A stretch of DNA of 64,000 bases, from assembly GCA_038750765.1 (NCBI GenBank), contig JBCDGW010000009.1, forward strand, positions 158-64,157. Reading direction: 5' to 3'. The position numbers and the translations under genes are program-made. The notes under the pieces were generated by a model that saw only the letters and a list, made by a program, of their open reading frames with translations, made no database searches and was not told the DNA's origin. Origin of the DNA: Pseudomonadota bacterium. GTDB taxonomy: Bacteria > Pseudomonadota > Alphaproteobacteria > Rhodobacterales > Rhodobacteraceae. Positions 28,749 to 37,195 of the stretch are shown here, piece after piece (the first letter of the stretch is position 1; each line of letters opens with the position of its first letter).

Positions 28749-29969
28749 ATGAGCCAGGTTTGTGAAAAGGCGGAACCGCACCAAAGCGCGGAAGACGACA
28801 CCGTAATCCGGGTCGCTGTCTGTGGTGAGGTGAGCGCTGGCAAATCGACGGTAATGAACCTGTTGATGCGGCGGGACATGCTCCCCGACAATGTCGGGCG
28901 CGATAATCGCCCGGTGGTTTTTGCAGGCTATGACGACGAGCCAGGATTTGAGTATCGCGATGATCAAGCGGGCTTCGTGCGGGCCGCTGGCCTGGATGAT
29001 GCAGACGTGCTCGCAGGGTTGGAAAACCTGCAGATATGGTACGATAACGCGGCCTTGCGCGGCTACGAGTTCATCGAAGTGCCGCTGACCACAGCGCAAG
29101 AATTGACGGACAAAGATATCGGGCTAATCCGGTCCGCCGACGTGCTCATCTGGGTCACCATCGCGTCGCAGGCGTGGCGGCTGACCGAAGAAAAGATCGT
29201 CAAGGAAATCGGTGCCGCGCGCCCGAAGCACTGCATTCTCGCGGTGTCGCGCGCCGATAAGTTGCGCAAGATCGCTGATCGCAAGAAGTTGGCGGAACGG
29301 CTCGAACGCGAGACCGCCGCGTTTTTCGGGGACGTCGTCTTTCTCAAAGCCTCGCGTCAGCGTGTGCAGCGCTGCGCCAATTCCGATGAAGAATGGTCCT
29401 ATGCCGGCGGCGAGGCGTTGGTCAAAGCGCTGACAGCAGCGGCCGATCAGGTGCGCACGGATGACAGCGCGATGGGTGAGCGCGGCGTTTCCAGCGATGA
29501 CGGGTCACCTATGGTCAATGAGGTGACAGCGATTACGTTTACCAGTCGTCGCAACCCCAAATTCAAATCCAAAAGGCAGCTTGAAAACGGCGGTAGCGTG
29601 GTCGCCCCGTTTCTGAGCCACCGCGTGCGCGATATCATCGACACGTTAGGCGGTGATGCGTTTGCGGGCTGCTATGCCGTTGGCCATCCTGACACCTGCG
29701 CGGTGATCTTGGGTGATGAAGATCAGTGCCGCGCGCTGGGTCATGTGTGCCGTCAGTTGCACAGCGAGATGGTGTCGATGGTCGGGGGCAAGAACGGCCA
29801 CGCGATGCTCGGATCCTCGATGGCCACGCAAAACCACAGCATCATCTTTGAGGATGTGCCGAATTTGGGTTTCCTGTTCCTGAGGACAAACTCAAAGACG
29901 GTGCCGCGCAGCGTCGCACAAAGCGCGATGGCCCGCATCGTACGGTCTTGCGCGGTGACAGCGGCTTAG
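28749..29969 (+). CDS. Short dynamin-N-type GTPase with degenerate G3 and putative C-terminal Roadblock-like domain
   Basis: G1 GEVSAGKST, G3 replaced by EVPL, LIWVTIASQAWRLTE paralogous to LVVWCTNANQAWRQSE of 25224-26636, G4 SRAD. Confidence 0.75.
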   Translation: MSQVCEKAEPHQSAEDDTVIRVAVCGEVSAGKSTVMNLLMRRDMLPDNVGRDNRPVVFAGYDDEPGFEYRDDQAGFVRAAGLDDADVLAGLENLQIWYDNAALRGYEFIEVPLTTAQELTDKDIGLIRSADVLIWVTIASQAWRLTEEKIVKEIGAARPKHCILAVSRADKLRKIADRKKLAERLERETAAFFGDVVFLKASRQRVQRCANSDEEWSYAGGEALVKALTAAADQVRTDDSAMGERGVSSDDGSPMVNEVTAITFTSRRNPKFKSKRQLENGGSVVAPFLSHRVRDIIDTLGGDAFAGCYAVGHPDTCAVILGDEDQCRALGHVCRQLHSEMVSMVGGKNGHAMLGSSMATQNHSIIFEDVPNLGFLFLRTNSKTVPRSVAQSAMARIVRSCAVTAA

Positions 29970-29992
29970 CGGTCGATCACGGCCCACGGGTC

Positions 29993-31294
29993 TCATCCCG
30001 CAACAAGCCAGAGCGCGATCCCCGGAAATGCCAGGATCAGCCCAAGCCGCACGATATCGGCGAGAACGAAGGGCAGCACACCGATCATGATCGCGCTCTG
30101 ACGCAGCTTTGGGGCAGCGTTTTTCACCATGAAAAGGTTCATGCCGACCGGCGGTGTGATCAGGCCCAACTCCACTGTCACCACCACGACGATGCCGAAC
30201 CAAACCGGATCATACCCGGCAGAAACCACGACTTGGAAGAAAATCGGCACGGTCAGCAAAATCATCGCCAAGCTTTCCAAAAAGCAGCCGAGGATGACGT
30301 AAAAGCCCAAGATCAACGCGAGGATCTGCCAGGGCTCTAGCCCGCTTCCCCCCAGAAAATCTGCCATCGCAAAGGCGATCTGCGAGGTCGAGAGAACGAA
30401 CCCAAACACCTCCGCCCCGATCAGGATGACGAAAATCAGCGCGGTGGTCTGAACCGTCATGCACAATGCGCGCAGGAATGCCGGTTTCGTCATCCCCCGC
30501 CACCAAGCGAATAGCAGGGCCAACGCCGCGCCTGCGCCACCGGCCTCCGTCGGCGAAAAGAGCCCGCCATAGAGGCCACCCATGACCAGGCCAAAGAGCG
30601 CCAGCGTCGGTGCGAACAGCCGAACCGCTTGGGCAAGGCTTGTGTCTTCGCTGTGGGTATCGCGCTCGGCTAACACGTCGCTTTGGCGCCATACCCGGCT
30701 CATCCCGGCAATGACGGCCAGGTACAGCAGGTAGGCCAATAGACCCGGCACAATCCCGGCAAGGAACATGTCGGCCACGGATTGCTCGGTGATCAGCGCG
30801 TAGAGAAGCAGCGCGATCGACGGCGGTATCATAATGCCCAACGTGCCTCCCGCTGCGAGAGACCCCGCAGCCAGCCTCGGGTCGTAGCCGCGGGCTTCCA
30901 TCTCGGGATACGCGACCCGGCTGATCGTCGCCGCTGTGGCCAAGGAAGAGCCCGAAATCGTCGAGAACGCTGCGCTCGCGGTGACCCCGGCGGCTGCGAT
31001 ACCGCCCGACCAGCCGCGCGTCACCCGCTCGGAGGCGCGGAACAGATCCCGGGCCATACCCGCCTCCGACATCAAATTTCCCATCAGCATGAACAGCGGC
31101 ACCAGCGTGAAGGAATAATTCGTCGCCGTGCTCCAAGCAGCGGTCTCCAGCACGCTGAGCGCGGGGGCCACACCGATCATTGCGGCAAAGCCCATAAATC
31201 CGACGGTGATCATCGCCAAGCCAACAGGGCACCCCAACAGGACCAAGGCCAAGAGCACCGCGATGGCAACAACCCCGATGGTTTGAAAGTCCAT
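29993..31294 (-). CDS. dctM: TRAP transporter large permease (DctM family)
   Basis: VPLFMLMG, GGTLGIMIPPS and GLITPPVGMNL motifs. Confidence 0.92.
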   Translation of the reverse strand: MDFQTIGVVAIAVLLALVLLGCPVGLAMITVGFMGFAAMIGVAPALSVLETAAWSTATNYSFTLVPLFMLMGNLMSEAGMARDLFRASERVTRGWSGGIAAAGVTASAAFSTISGSSLATAATISRVAYPEMEARGYDPRLAAGSLAAGGTLGIMIPPSIALLLYALITEQSVADMFLAGIVPGLLAYLLYLAVIAGMSRVWRQSDVLAERDTHSEDTSLAQAVRLFAPTLALFGLVMGGLYGGLFSPTEAGGAGAALALLFAWWRGMTKPAFLRALCMTVQTTALIFVILIGAEVFGFVLSTSQIAFAMADFLGGSGLEPWQILALILGFYVILGCFLESLAMILLTVPIFFQVVVSAGYDPVWFGIVVVVTVELGLITPPVGMNLFMVKNAAPKLRQSAIMIGVLPFVLADIVRLGLILAFPGIALWLVAG

Positions 31295-31782
31295 TACTCG
31301 GGACTGGCGCGTGTGTGCGCGCCCATCGCCGACGCCCCGGCGAGCAAGGCTAGGGCCAGGCATTCCAGACACGCCACGCCGTAGAACAGCCACAGGGGCA
31401 CCCGCAGATCTTGGGTCACGTCGCCTCGCTCCCAGATGGTCAGCGCCTCGCCACCAAAGCGGATCATCAAGACCAGGGCCACGGTGATCAATAGGACAAG
31501 CCACAGCCGATCGAGCGCAGCGTTAAGGGGCGGCGGCAAGTGGCGACTCACAAGATCAACACGCAACATACCGCTTTGCAGCGATGCCGGGATTGCCGCG
31601 AAAACAGCGATCATCAGGAGGTATTGCGCCAGTTCGATTGCGCCGGGGATCATCAGGGCAATCGTGCCGCCGCTTGCGTCAAACAACGCGCGCGCCACGA
31701 TATTGATGGCGACCACCGCCAATAGCGCCAAAATCGCCGCCACCGCCAACGCAGCGCACAGCCGCTGTAGCCACGCGAACAT
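31294..31782 (-). CDS. dctQ: TRAP transporter small permease (DctQ family)
   Basis: 162 aa, 4 TM helices, between the dctP- and dctM-type genes. Confidence 0.85.
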   Translation of the reverse strand: MFAWLQRLCAALAVAAILALLAVVAINIVARALFDASGGTIALMIPGAIELAQYLLMIAVFAAIPASLQSGMLRVDLVSRHLPPPLNAALDRLWLVLLITVALVLMIRFGGEALTIWERGDVTQDLRVPLWLFYGVACLECLALALLAGASAMGAHTRASPE

Positions 31783-31791
31783 TGCTGCGCG

Positions 31792-32808
31792 CTAGTTCAG
31801 CATGACCTCACATTCGCTGACAAAGCCCTGGATCGCTTCGTAGGTCTCCGTCCCGGGCAGCCCGGCCTCGTCCAACTCTGCCAAGTAGAGCGCAGTCGCC
31901 CGATCAGCAGCGGCCTGCCATTCGGCGAGTTCCGCCTCGGGGATCTGATAGATCTCGCCGCTGCTTTCGATTTTGGGATAGGCGCGCGCATCACTTGCGT
32001 CGAAGCCTTTCCCGGCCACCAACGCCCATTTCATGCCGGTATTCTCGTCGACAGCTTTTTTGCCCGCATCGGAGAGCCGGTCATACGCGGCTTGGTTCAT
32101 CGTGGCGATAAAGGCCGAGGAGTAAAACCCGAACTCGGTGTGAAACCCGGTAATCTCATCGGCACGAAAGCTTGTCACCGCTTCCCAGGGCAGCATGTAG
32201 CCGTCGATGACGCCACGCTCCAGGTTCTCGTAGATCGTGGGCGCAGGCATGCCCACCGGCTCGGCGCCAAGCTCGGACAGCAGCGTGCCGATAACGGCAG
32301 TGGGACGGCGGATTTTCATGCCCTTCAAATCCGCGACCGTCGTCACCGGCTTGTCTTTCGAGTGGATATGGCCAGGCGCATGAACGTGGAAAAACAGCGG
32401 TTTGGTCTCGGTGTATTCCGCGTCGAGCGCACCGGAATCGTAGAGTTTTTGAAGCGCGCAAGACCCGACAGCGGCCGTGTCAAAAAGGCCTGGAAGCTCG
32501 ATCACCTGCGTCAGCGGAAACCGTCCTGCCGTGTAGCCCTGCAAGGTCCAGGCGATATCGGCGACGCCGTTTTTGGCGTTGTCATAGCCTGCTGGCGCCT
32601 TGCCCAGCGTTTGGGCCGGGAACACCGTGACCGAGACCTCTCCCCCCGAAGCCTCGCTGACGGCCGCGCCCCAGGCCTCGAACAATTCGCCCTGCTGCCA
32701 CGCCACGGGTGGCATGAAATGGGCAAACCGCAGATCATCGGCAGAGGCGGCGTGGCCGGTTGCCAGGAGGATCGAGAAAGCCGAGCCGAGGAGGCGAGTT
32801 GCATGCAT
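31792..32808 (-). CDS. dctP: TRAP substrate-binding protein (DctP family)
   Basis: Signal peptide, YTAGRFP, DLKGMKIR and YENLERGVIDG motifs. Confidence 0.9.
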   Translation of the reverse strand: MHATRLLGSAFSILLATGHAASADDLRFAHFMPPVAWQQGELFEAWGAAVSEASGGEVSVTVFPAQTLGKAPAGYDNAKNGVADIAWTLQGYTAGRFPLTQVIELPGLFDTAAVGSCALQKLYDSGALDAEYTETKPLFFHVHAPGHIHSKDKPVTTVADLKGMKIRRPTAVIGTLLSELGAEPVGMPAPTIYENLERGVIDGYMLPWEAVTSFRADEITGFHTEFGFYSSAFIATMNQAAYDRLSDAGKKAVDENTGMKWALVAGKGFDASDARAYPKIESSGEIYQIPEAELAEWQAAADRATALYLAELDEAGLPGTETYEAIQGFVSECEVMLN

Positions 32809-32902
32809 GAGAAAGGTCCTTTGCCGGAGTCGCGTGCGCGGTTTTCCCCTACCATCGCGGCCAAGGCAACCAGGGACAATGGGGCGTAGCGGCGCGGGTG
32901 TC

Positions 32903-34582
32903 TCAGAGAGCGCCGCTGTCAAACGTGATTGCGCCGTCGCACAGCGTCATCGCGATGCCCAGCCCACCGATCTCCGCGCCGTCGCACGCCTCGATATCGC
33001 CGCCCAAGATCACCACATCAGCACGCAACCCGGGCCTGAGGGTGCCGTGCAGGTTCTCGCGAAATCCCAGCCAGGCATTTGTGGCCGTGTAAGAGCGGAG
33101 CGCTTCAGACAGCGTCTGCGCCTGATCGGGCCAGTCCGGACCCAGATCGAGGGGCGCCACCGCGGCTTGCAGGTTGCCGAGTACGTCGACCGGCACGACA
33201 GGCCAATCGGTGGAGAAGGCAAGCGGAATGCCGCGGTCGCGGATTGTGCGCCACGCAAAGGCGCGGGCGTGTTCCTCGGCGAAGAAAACCGTGTCTGGGG
33301 CAGGCGGCTCGAAAAACCCCGCAAAAGCGGCATGTCGCGGCTGCATCGATGCGACGGCGTCAAGCGATACCATCCGGTCCACATCGGCGTCGCTGATCAG
33401 CTCGATATGCTCAATCCGGTGGCGCGCATCACGGGCGCCATTGGCCTTGCGCGCGGCTTCATACCCGTCAAGCACCCGGCGCACAGCAAGGTCGCCTATC
33501 GCATGCACGCTGATCTGCAGGCCCATCGCATCGGCGCGGATACAGGCCGCATTGAACGCATCGGGTTGAAACACCGCCTCGCCATGGTTGTCTGGTTGGT
33601 CAGGATAGGCGGCAATTTTGAGCCCGGTGCGGCTTTCAAACACGCCGTCCATGAACATCTTCACCCGGCCAGACCAGAGCTTGTCGCCTTGAAACGCCCG
33701 ATGCATCTCGAGCGCCTCGTCAACCCGCTCGACAGGGTCAAAGTTCTTGAGGTGGAAGGGCACCTGCACACGGCAATGAAGCTGGCCCTCCGCCTCAATC
33801 TCCTGCAGCAACTCCAGCAGGTAGGTGTTGCCATCCATGTTGTGGAGCGCGGTTATCCCGTGGGCCGCAGCATGGTTGAGCCCTTTGACCAGCAGCGCTT
33901 TATCGGCCCGGCGTTGATCTGGCGTGGCAGGCGGCACCGGGTCGGCCCCCGTGACGTAGCCTGCCATATCTCGGCCTCCGGTACGCGATAGCGACAGCAC
34001 AGGGCCAAAAGCACCGGTCTCCAGCAAGGTGCCGGTGGCGTTGCCATCGGCGTCGGTCACGACAGTGCTGCCCTCCGGCATCGCCGCGCCCTGGGCCAGT
34101 CCCGCCTTTGTCAGTGCCGCGCTATTGGCCCAGACGGTGTGAAGATCGGCCGCTAGAAGTGCGAATGGACGTTCGGAGATGATCGCGTCCAGCCGCGCGC
34201 GGGGGCTTGGGCCAGGCCCGGCAAACAGGTCATAGAAGGCGCCAACCCCCAAGATTAGCGGCTCCTGCGGCCGCGCGTCAGCATAGTCGCGGATGAGGGG
34301 CGCCACCTCGCGCAAGTCGGAAAGGCCGCCGACCGCAACGAAGTCAAGCTCCGCCGCGCCTTGAAACAGATGCACATGGCTGTCGATGAAGCCCGGCAGC
34401 ACGCTGCGCCCGCCCGCATCGATCACCCGCGTCTCGGGGCTGGCGACAGCGCGGATCGCCTCGTTATCACCCACCGCAACAATTTCTTGCCCAGCAATAG
34501 CGATGGCCTGCGCGCGTGGCTGCGTATCGGCCATCGTCAAAACCCGGCCATTCACAATGACGATGTCACATCGTTCCGTCAT
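32903..34582 (-). CDS. Amidohydrolase 3 family (YtcJ/NfdA-like)
   Basis: PGFIDSHVH, VKMFMDG, HAIGD, HRIEHIE and STDWP motifs. Confidence 0.9.
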   Translation of the reverse strand: MTERCDIVIVNGRVLTMADTQPRAQAIAIAGQEIVAVGDNEAIRAVASPETRVIDAGGRSVLPGFIDSHVHLFQGAAELDFVAVGGLSDLREVAPLIRDYADARPQEPLILGVGAFYDLFAGPGPSPRARLDAIISERPFALLAADLHTVWANSAALTKAGLAQGAAMPEGSTVVTDADGNATGTLLETGAFGPVLSLSRTGGRDMAGYVTGADPVPPATPDQRRADKALLVKGLNHAAAHGITALHNMDGNTYLLELLQEIEAEGQLHCRVQVPFHLKNFDPVERVDEALEMHRAFQGDKLWSGRVKMFMDGVFESRTGLKIAAYPDQPDNHGEAVFQPDAFNAACIRADAMGLQISVHAIGDLAVRRVLDGYEAARKANGARDARHRIEHIELISDADVDRMVSLDAVASMQPRHAAFAGFFEPPAPDTVFFAEEHARAFAWRTIRDRGIPLAFSTDWPVVPVDVLGNLQAAVAPLDLGPDWPDQAQTLSEALRSYTATNAWLGFRENLHGTLRPGLRADVVILGGDIEACDGAEIGGLGIAMTLCDGAITFDSGAL

Positions 34583-34679
34583 CTTCCCCTCACCTTGATG
34601 GGGCCAGCCTAGCGTGCTCTTGTGCCCTGCGCGAGATCAGCGATTGCTGTTCGTGCCCGCCTTTGTCACAAGCGTCGCA

Positions 34680-35225
34680 ATGCCCTCCACGAAAAAACCC
34701 GAGACCGACGTGCCACTGGGCCGCGCGCGCGCCTTCGATACGTCGTTTTTTGTGCTGGCTGCGATCTGCGCTGGTGCGGCACTGGCTGTCGCCTGGCTCC
34801 AAGGGCCGGGCCGCGTGGTCGAAATCGCGGTGCGTTACCTCGGTTTCTTAGCGCTGCTGATGCCCAAAATCCTGTGCGGGTTCTTTGTGGCGGCGGCGGT
34901 GCCGTTATTGATCCCACGCGAAACCTTATCGCACTGGGTCGGACGTGAGAGCGGCCTGCGCGGGCTCGTCGTCGCTAGCCTCGCAGGCGGATTGATCCCC
35001 GGTGGCCCGATGATGGTGTTTCCGCTTGCGCTGGGCTTTCGCGCGTCGGGCGCAAGCACAGCGGTGATCATCGCCTTCGTTTCAGCCTGGTGCCTCTACA
35101 GCCTCAATCGCACGCTGATTTGGGAAATGTCGTTCTTGTCGGTGGACGTCGTGCTACTTCGTATTCTCATCTGCCTGCCGTTTCCAATTCTGGCGGGGTT
35201 TCTGGCCAGTAAGGTGATGCGGTGA
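34680..35225 (+). CDS. Permease half-subunit (DUF318/ArsP-like)
   Basis: Hydrophobic protein with GGLIPGGPMMVFP motif; start uncertain. Confidence 0.65.
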   Translation: MPSTKKPETDVPLGRARAFDTSFFVLAAICAGAALAVAWLQGPGRVVEIAVRYLGFLALLMPKILCGFFVAAAVPLLIPRETLSHWVGRESGLRGLVVASLAGGLIPGGPMMVFPLALGFRASGASTAVIIAFVSAWCLYSLNRTLIWEMSFLSVDVVLLRILICLPFPILAGFLASKVMR

Positions 35226-35713
35226 ACATCGTCATTGGCACGCTGGTTTTGATGGGGCTCGCGGCGTGGGTTTGGCAGAGTTTGGACGCGCCTGCTCAGC
35301 GCAGCGAAGCGGTGGCGGGCATGTGGCGCATCGCGGCGGTTACGCTGCCGCGCGTTGTCATAGCGTTGATTAGCGCGGGGCTCTTTGCCGAGCTGTTACC
35401 GGAAGAAATGGTGCGCGCATATCTCGGCGATACTTCGGGATTTCAAGGTGTGCTGTTGGGAAGCGCGCTTGGCGTGGTGACGCCGGGCGGCGTCTTCGTC
35501 AGCTTCGCTCTTGCTGCGGGCGCGGTAGAAGCCGGTGCCGCGATGCCGGCGACAATCGCCTATGTAACGGCTTGGTCGCTCTTTGCGCTCACCCGGATTA
35601 TCGCCGATGAATTGGCGCTTATGGGTAAGCAGTTCTTGCTTCAACGCATTGCGGTGACGCTGCCAATCCCGCTCGCGGTTGGCGGTATAGCGATGGCGCT
35701 TCCGTTCGGTTGA
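35222..35713 (+). CDS. Permease half-subunit (DUF318/ArsP-like)
   Basis: Hydrophobic protein with GVVTPGGVFVSF motif; GTGA overlap with the previous gene. Confidence 0.65.
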   Translation: MNIVIGTLVLMGLAAWVWQSLDAPAQRSEAVAGMWRIAAVTLPRVVIALISAGLFAELLPEEMVRAYLGDTSGFQGVLLGSALGVVTPGGVFVSFALAAGAVEAGAAMPATIAYVTAWSLFALTRIIADELALMGKQFLLQRIAVTLPIPLAVGGIAMALPFG

Positions 35714-35719
35714 GGGGAC

Positions 35720-37195
35720 TTAGCCGGCGCGCGTCAGCCCGTGCACAGGCCCGCCTGGGCCAAGCCGGACACCTGGGCGCAGCCGCTCATAAGGTAGCGT
35801 AGGCAGGTCACACGGATTGGCCCCGGGCGCTTGCGCAAACAAGATCCGATCTGTGACGCGCAGGTAATCAGCCATGAAGTGGACGCCAGACTTCACGCAG
35901 ACAATTGCGTGATCGCGCGGCTCAATCCCGACCACGCGAAACATCTCTTGATCAGCGTTCTGTGCGCGACGGCTGCCGACGACGATTGTTATGCCGGTGC
36001 CGATTAAGCGCAACCGCGCCACCGGGCCAAGATGCGCGCGGGCGCCGCCAAACATCGGACCGGTGAAGTCGAAGACCCCGTCAGACAGCCGCTCAACCCG
36101 TACTCGGCAGGCGAGGGGCTCGGAGAATTGTGCAAATCCACCGCCGAGGGTAAGCTCAATTTCAGCGCCGACGCCCGCCTGATGCGCCGCACTGGCAGCG
36201 TTTGGGTCATAGAGCATCGACAACACCGCATCCGTCGCGCCCGCGTCGATCAGCGCGCGCAGAACGCCGGTCGTATCGCCGGTACCGCCAGCGCCTGGAT
36301 TGTCTTGCGGGTCGGCGATCACCACCGGCGAATCGAGTGTCATTGCTCTGGCCACACAAGCGCGCGCAGGCTCGAGCCGGGCATCAAAGTCGTTCTCAGC
36401 GGCAGCAAAAGCGTTTGTGATGCTTGTGACAGCAGCCTGCGCTTTGGCCGGATCCGGGTCGTAGGCAAAGACGCTCGGCCCGCAATCAGGGATGTCGGCA
36501 GGCGGAAACCCCATAGCGATGTCGACTGAGCGCGCGTCGATGGCGTCTAAGTCTGCATAGATCTCGCGCGCAGGGGAAAACTCAGTCGATTGCGCGGTGA
36601 TCGGCAGCAAAAGATCCACCTGGGCATAGGCTTTCGCGAGCGGCGCGGCGAGCACCTGATCTAGAAGACGCGCCGCCCGCGCGCCTGTCTCGGCCAAGTC
36701 CACGTGGGGGTATGTGCGGTAAAGCGTGACCGCGTCGGTTAAATCGCACACTGCGCGCGACAGGTTCGCGTGCAGATCAAAGCTCGCCACCAGCTTTGTG
36801 TCGGGGCCAATGGCTGCGCGCACCCGGCGCAAGATCTCGGCTTCGGCGTCATCATAGTGGCGGGTGACCATCGCGCCGTGCAGATCGAGATACACCGCGT
36901 CAGGGGCGGCGCTTGAAACACCGTCCACGATCTCACCCACGATCTGTTCGAATGCCGCATCGTCGACATAGCCGCCCGGCTCGGCAGCCGCCCAGACGAT
37001 CGGCACCAACTCATGCGGACACGCCGCCATGAAACCGGCCATCGGCAGGTTGAGGCCTGACATCGTATCCTCAAGTGCGGCGCCGCGGGTGAGCGCTGGC
37101 CAGGCACCGCCGGCCTCAAATAAGTCCAACGTGGTGGGAAACGGCGCGAAAGTGTTGGTCTCGTGCTGAAACCCAGCAATGGCCACCCGTGTCAT
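35720..37195 (-). CDS. M81-family metallopeptidase (MlrC-like)
   Basis: FQHETNTF, LDLHGAM, DLHAN, YRTYPHVD, DNPGAG and VKSGVHF motifs. Confidence 0.92.
   Translation of the reverse strand: MTRVAIAGFQHETNTFAPFPTTLDLFEAGGAWPALTRGAALEDTMSGLNLPMAGFMAACPHELVPIVWAAAEPGGYVDDAAFEQIVGEIVDGVSSAAPDAVYLDLHGAMVTRHYDDAEAEILRRVRAAIGPDTKLVASFDLHANLSRAVCDLTDAVTLYRTYPHVDLAETGARAARLLDQVLAAPLAKAYAQVDLLLPITAQSTEFSPAREIYADLDAIDARSVDIAMGFPPADIPDCGPSVFAYDPDPAKAQAAVTSITNAFAAAENDFDARLEPARACVARAMTLDSPVVIADPQDNPGAGGTGDTTGVLRALIDAGATDAVLSMLYDPNAASAAHQAGVGAEIELTLGGGFAQFSEPLACRVRVERLSDGVFDFTGPMFGGARAHLGPVARLRLIGTGITIVVGSRRAQNADQEMFRVVGIEPRDHAIVCVKSGVHFMADYLRVTDRILFAQAPGANPCDLPTLPYERLRPGVRLGPGGPVHGLTRAG

Noticed and set aside
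32600-33991. 463-aa plus-strand ORF
   Set aside because: Antisense to a clear amidohydrolase and dctP; long shadow ORFs are common in high-GC DNA
35720-37195. Microcystin degradation (mlr) cluster
   Set aside because: Only an MlrC-family member is present; no mlrA/mlrB/mlrD-like genes, and M81 proteins are widespread
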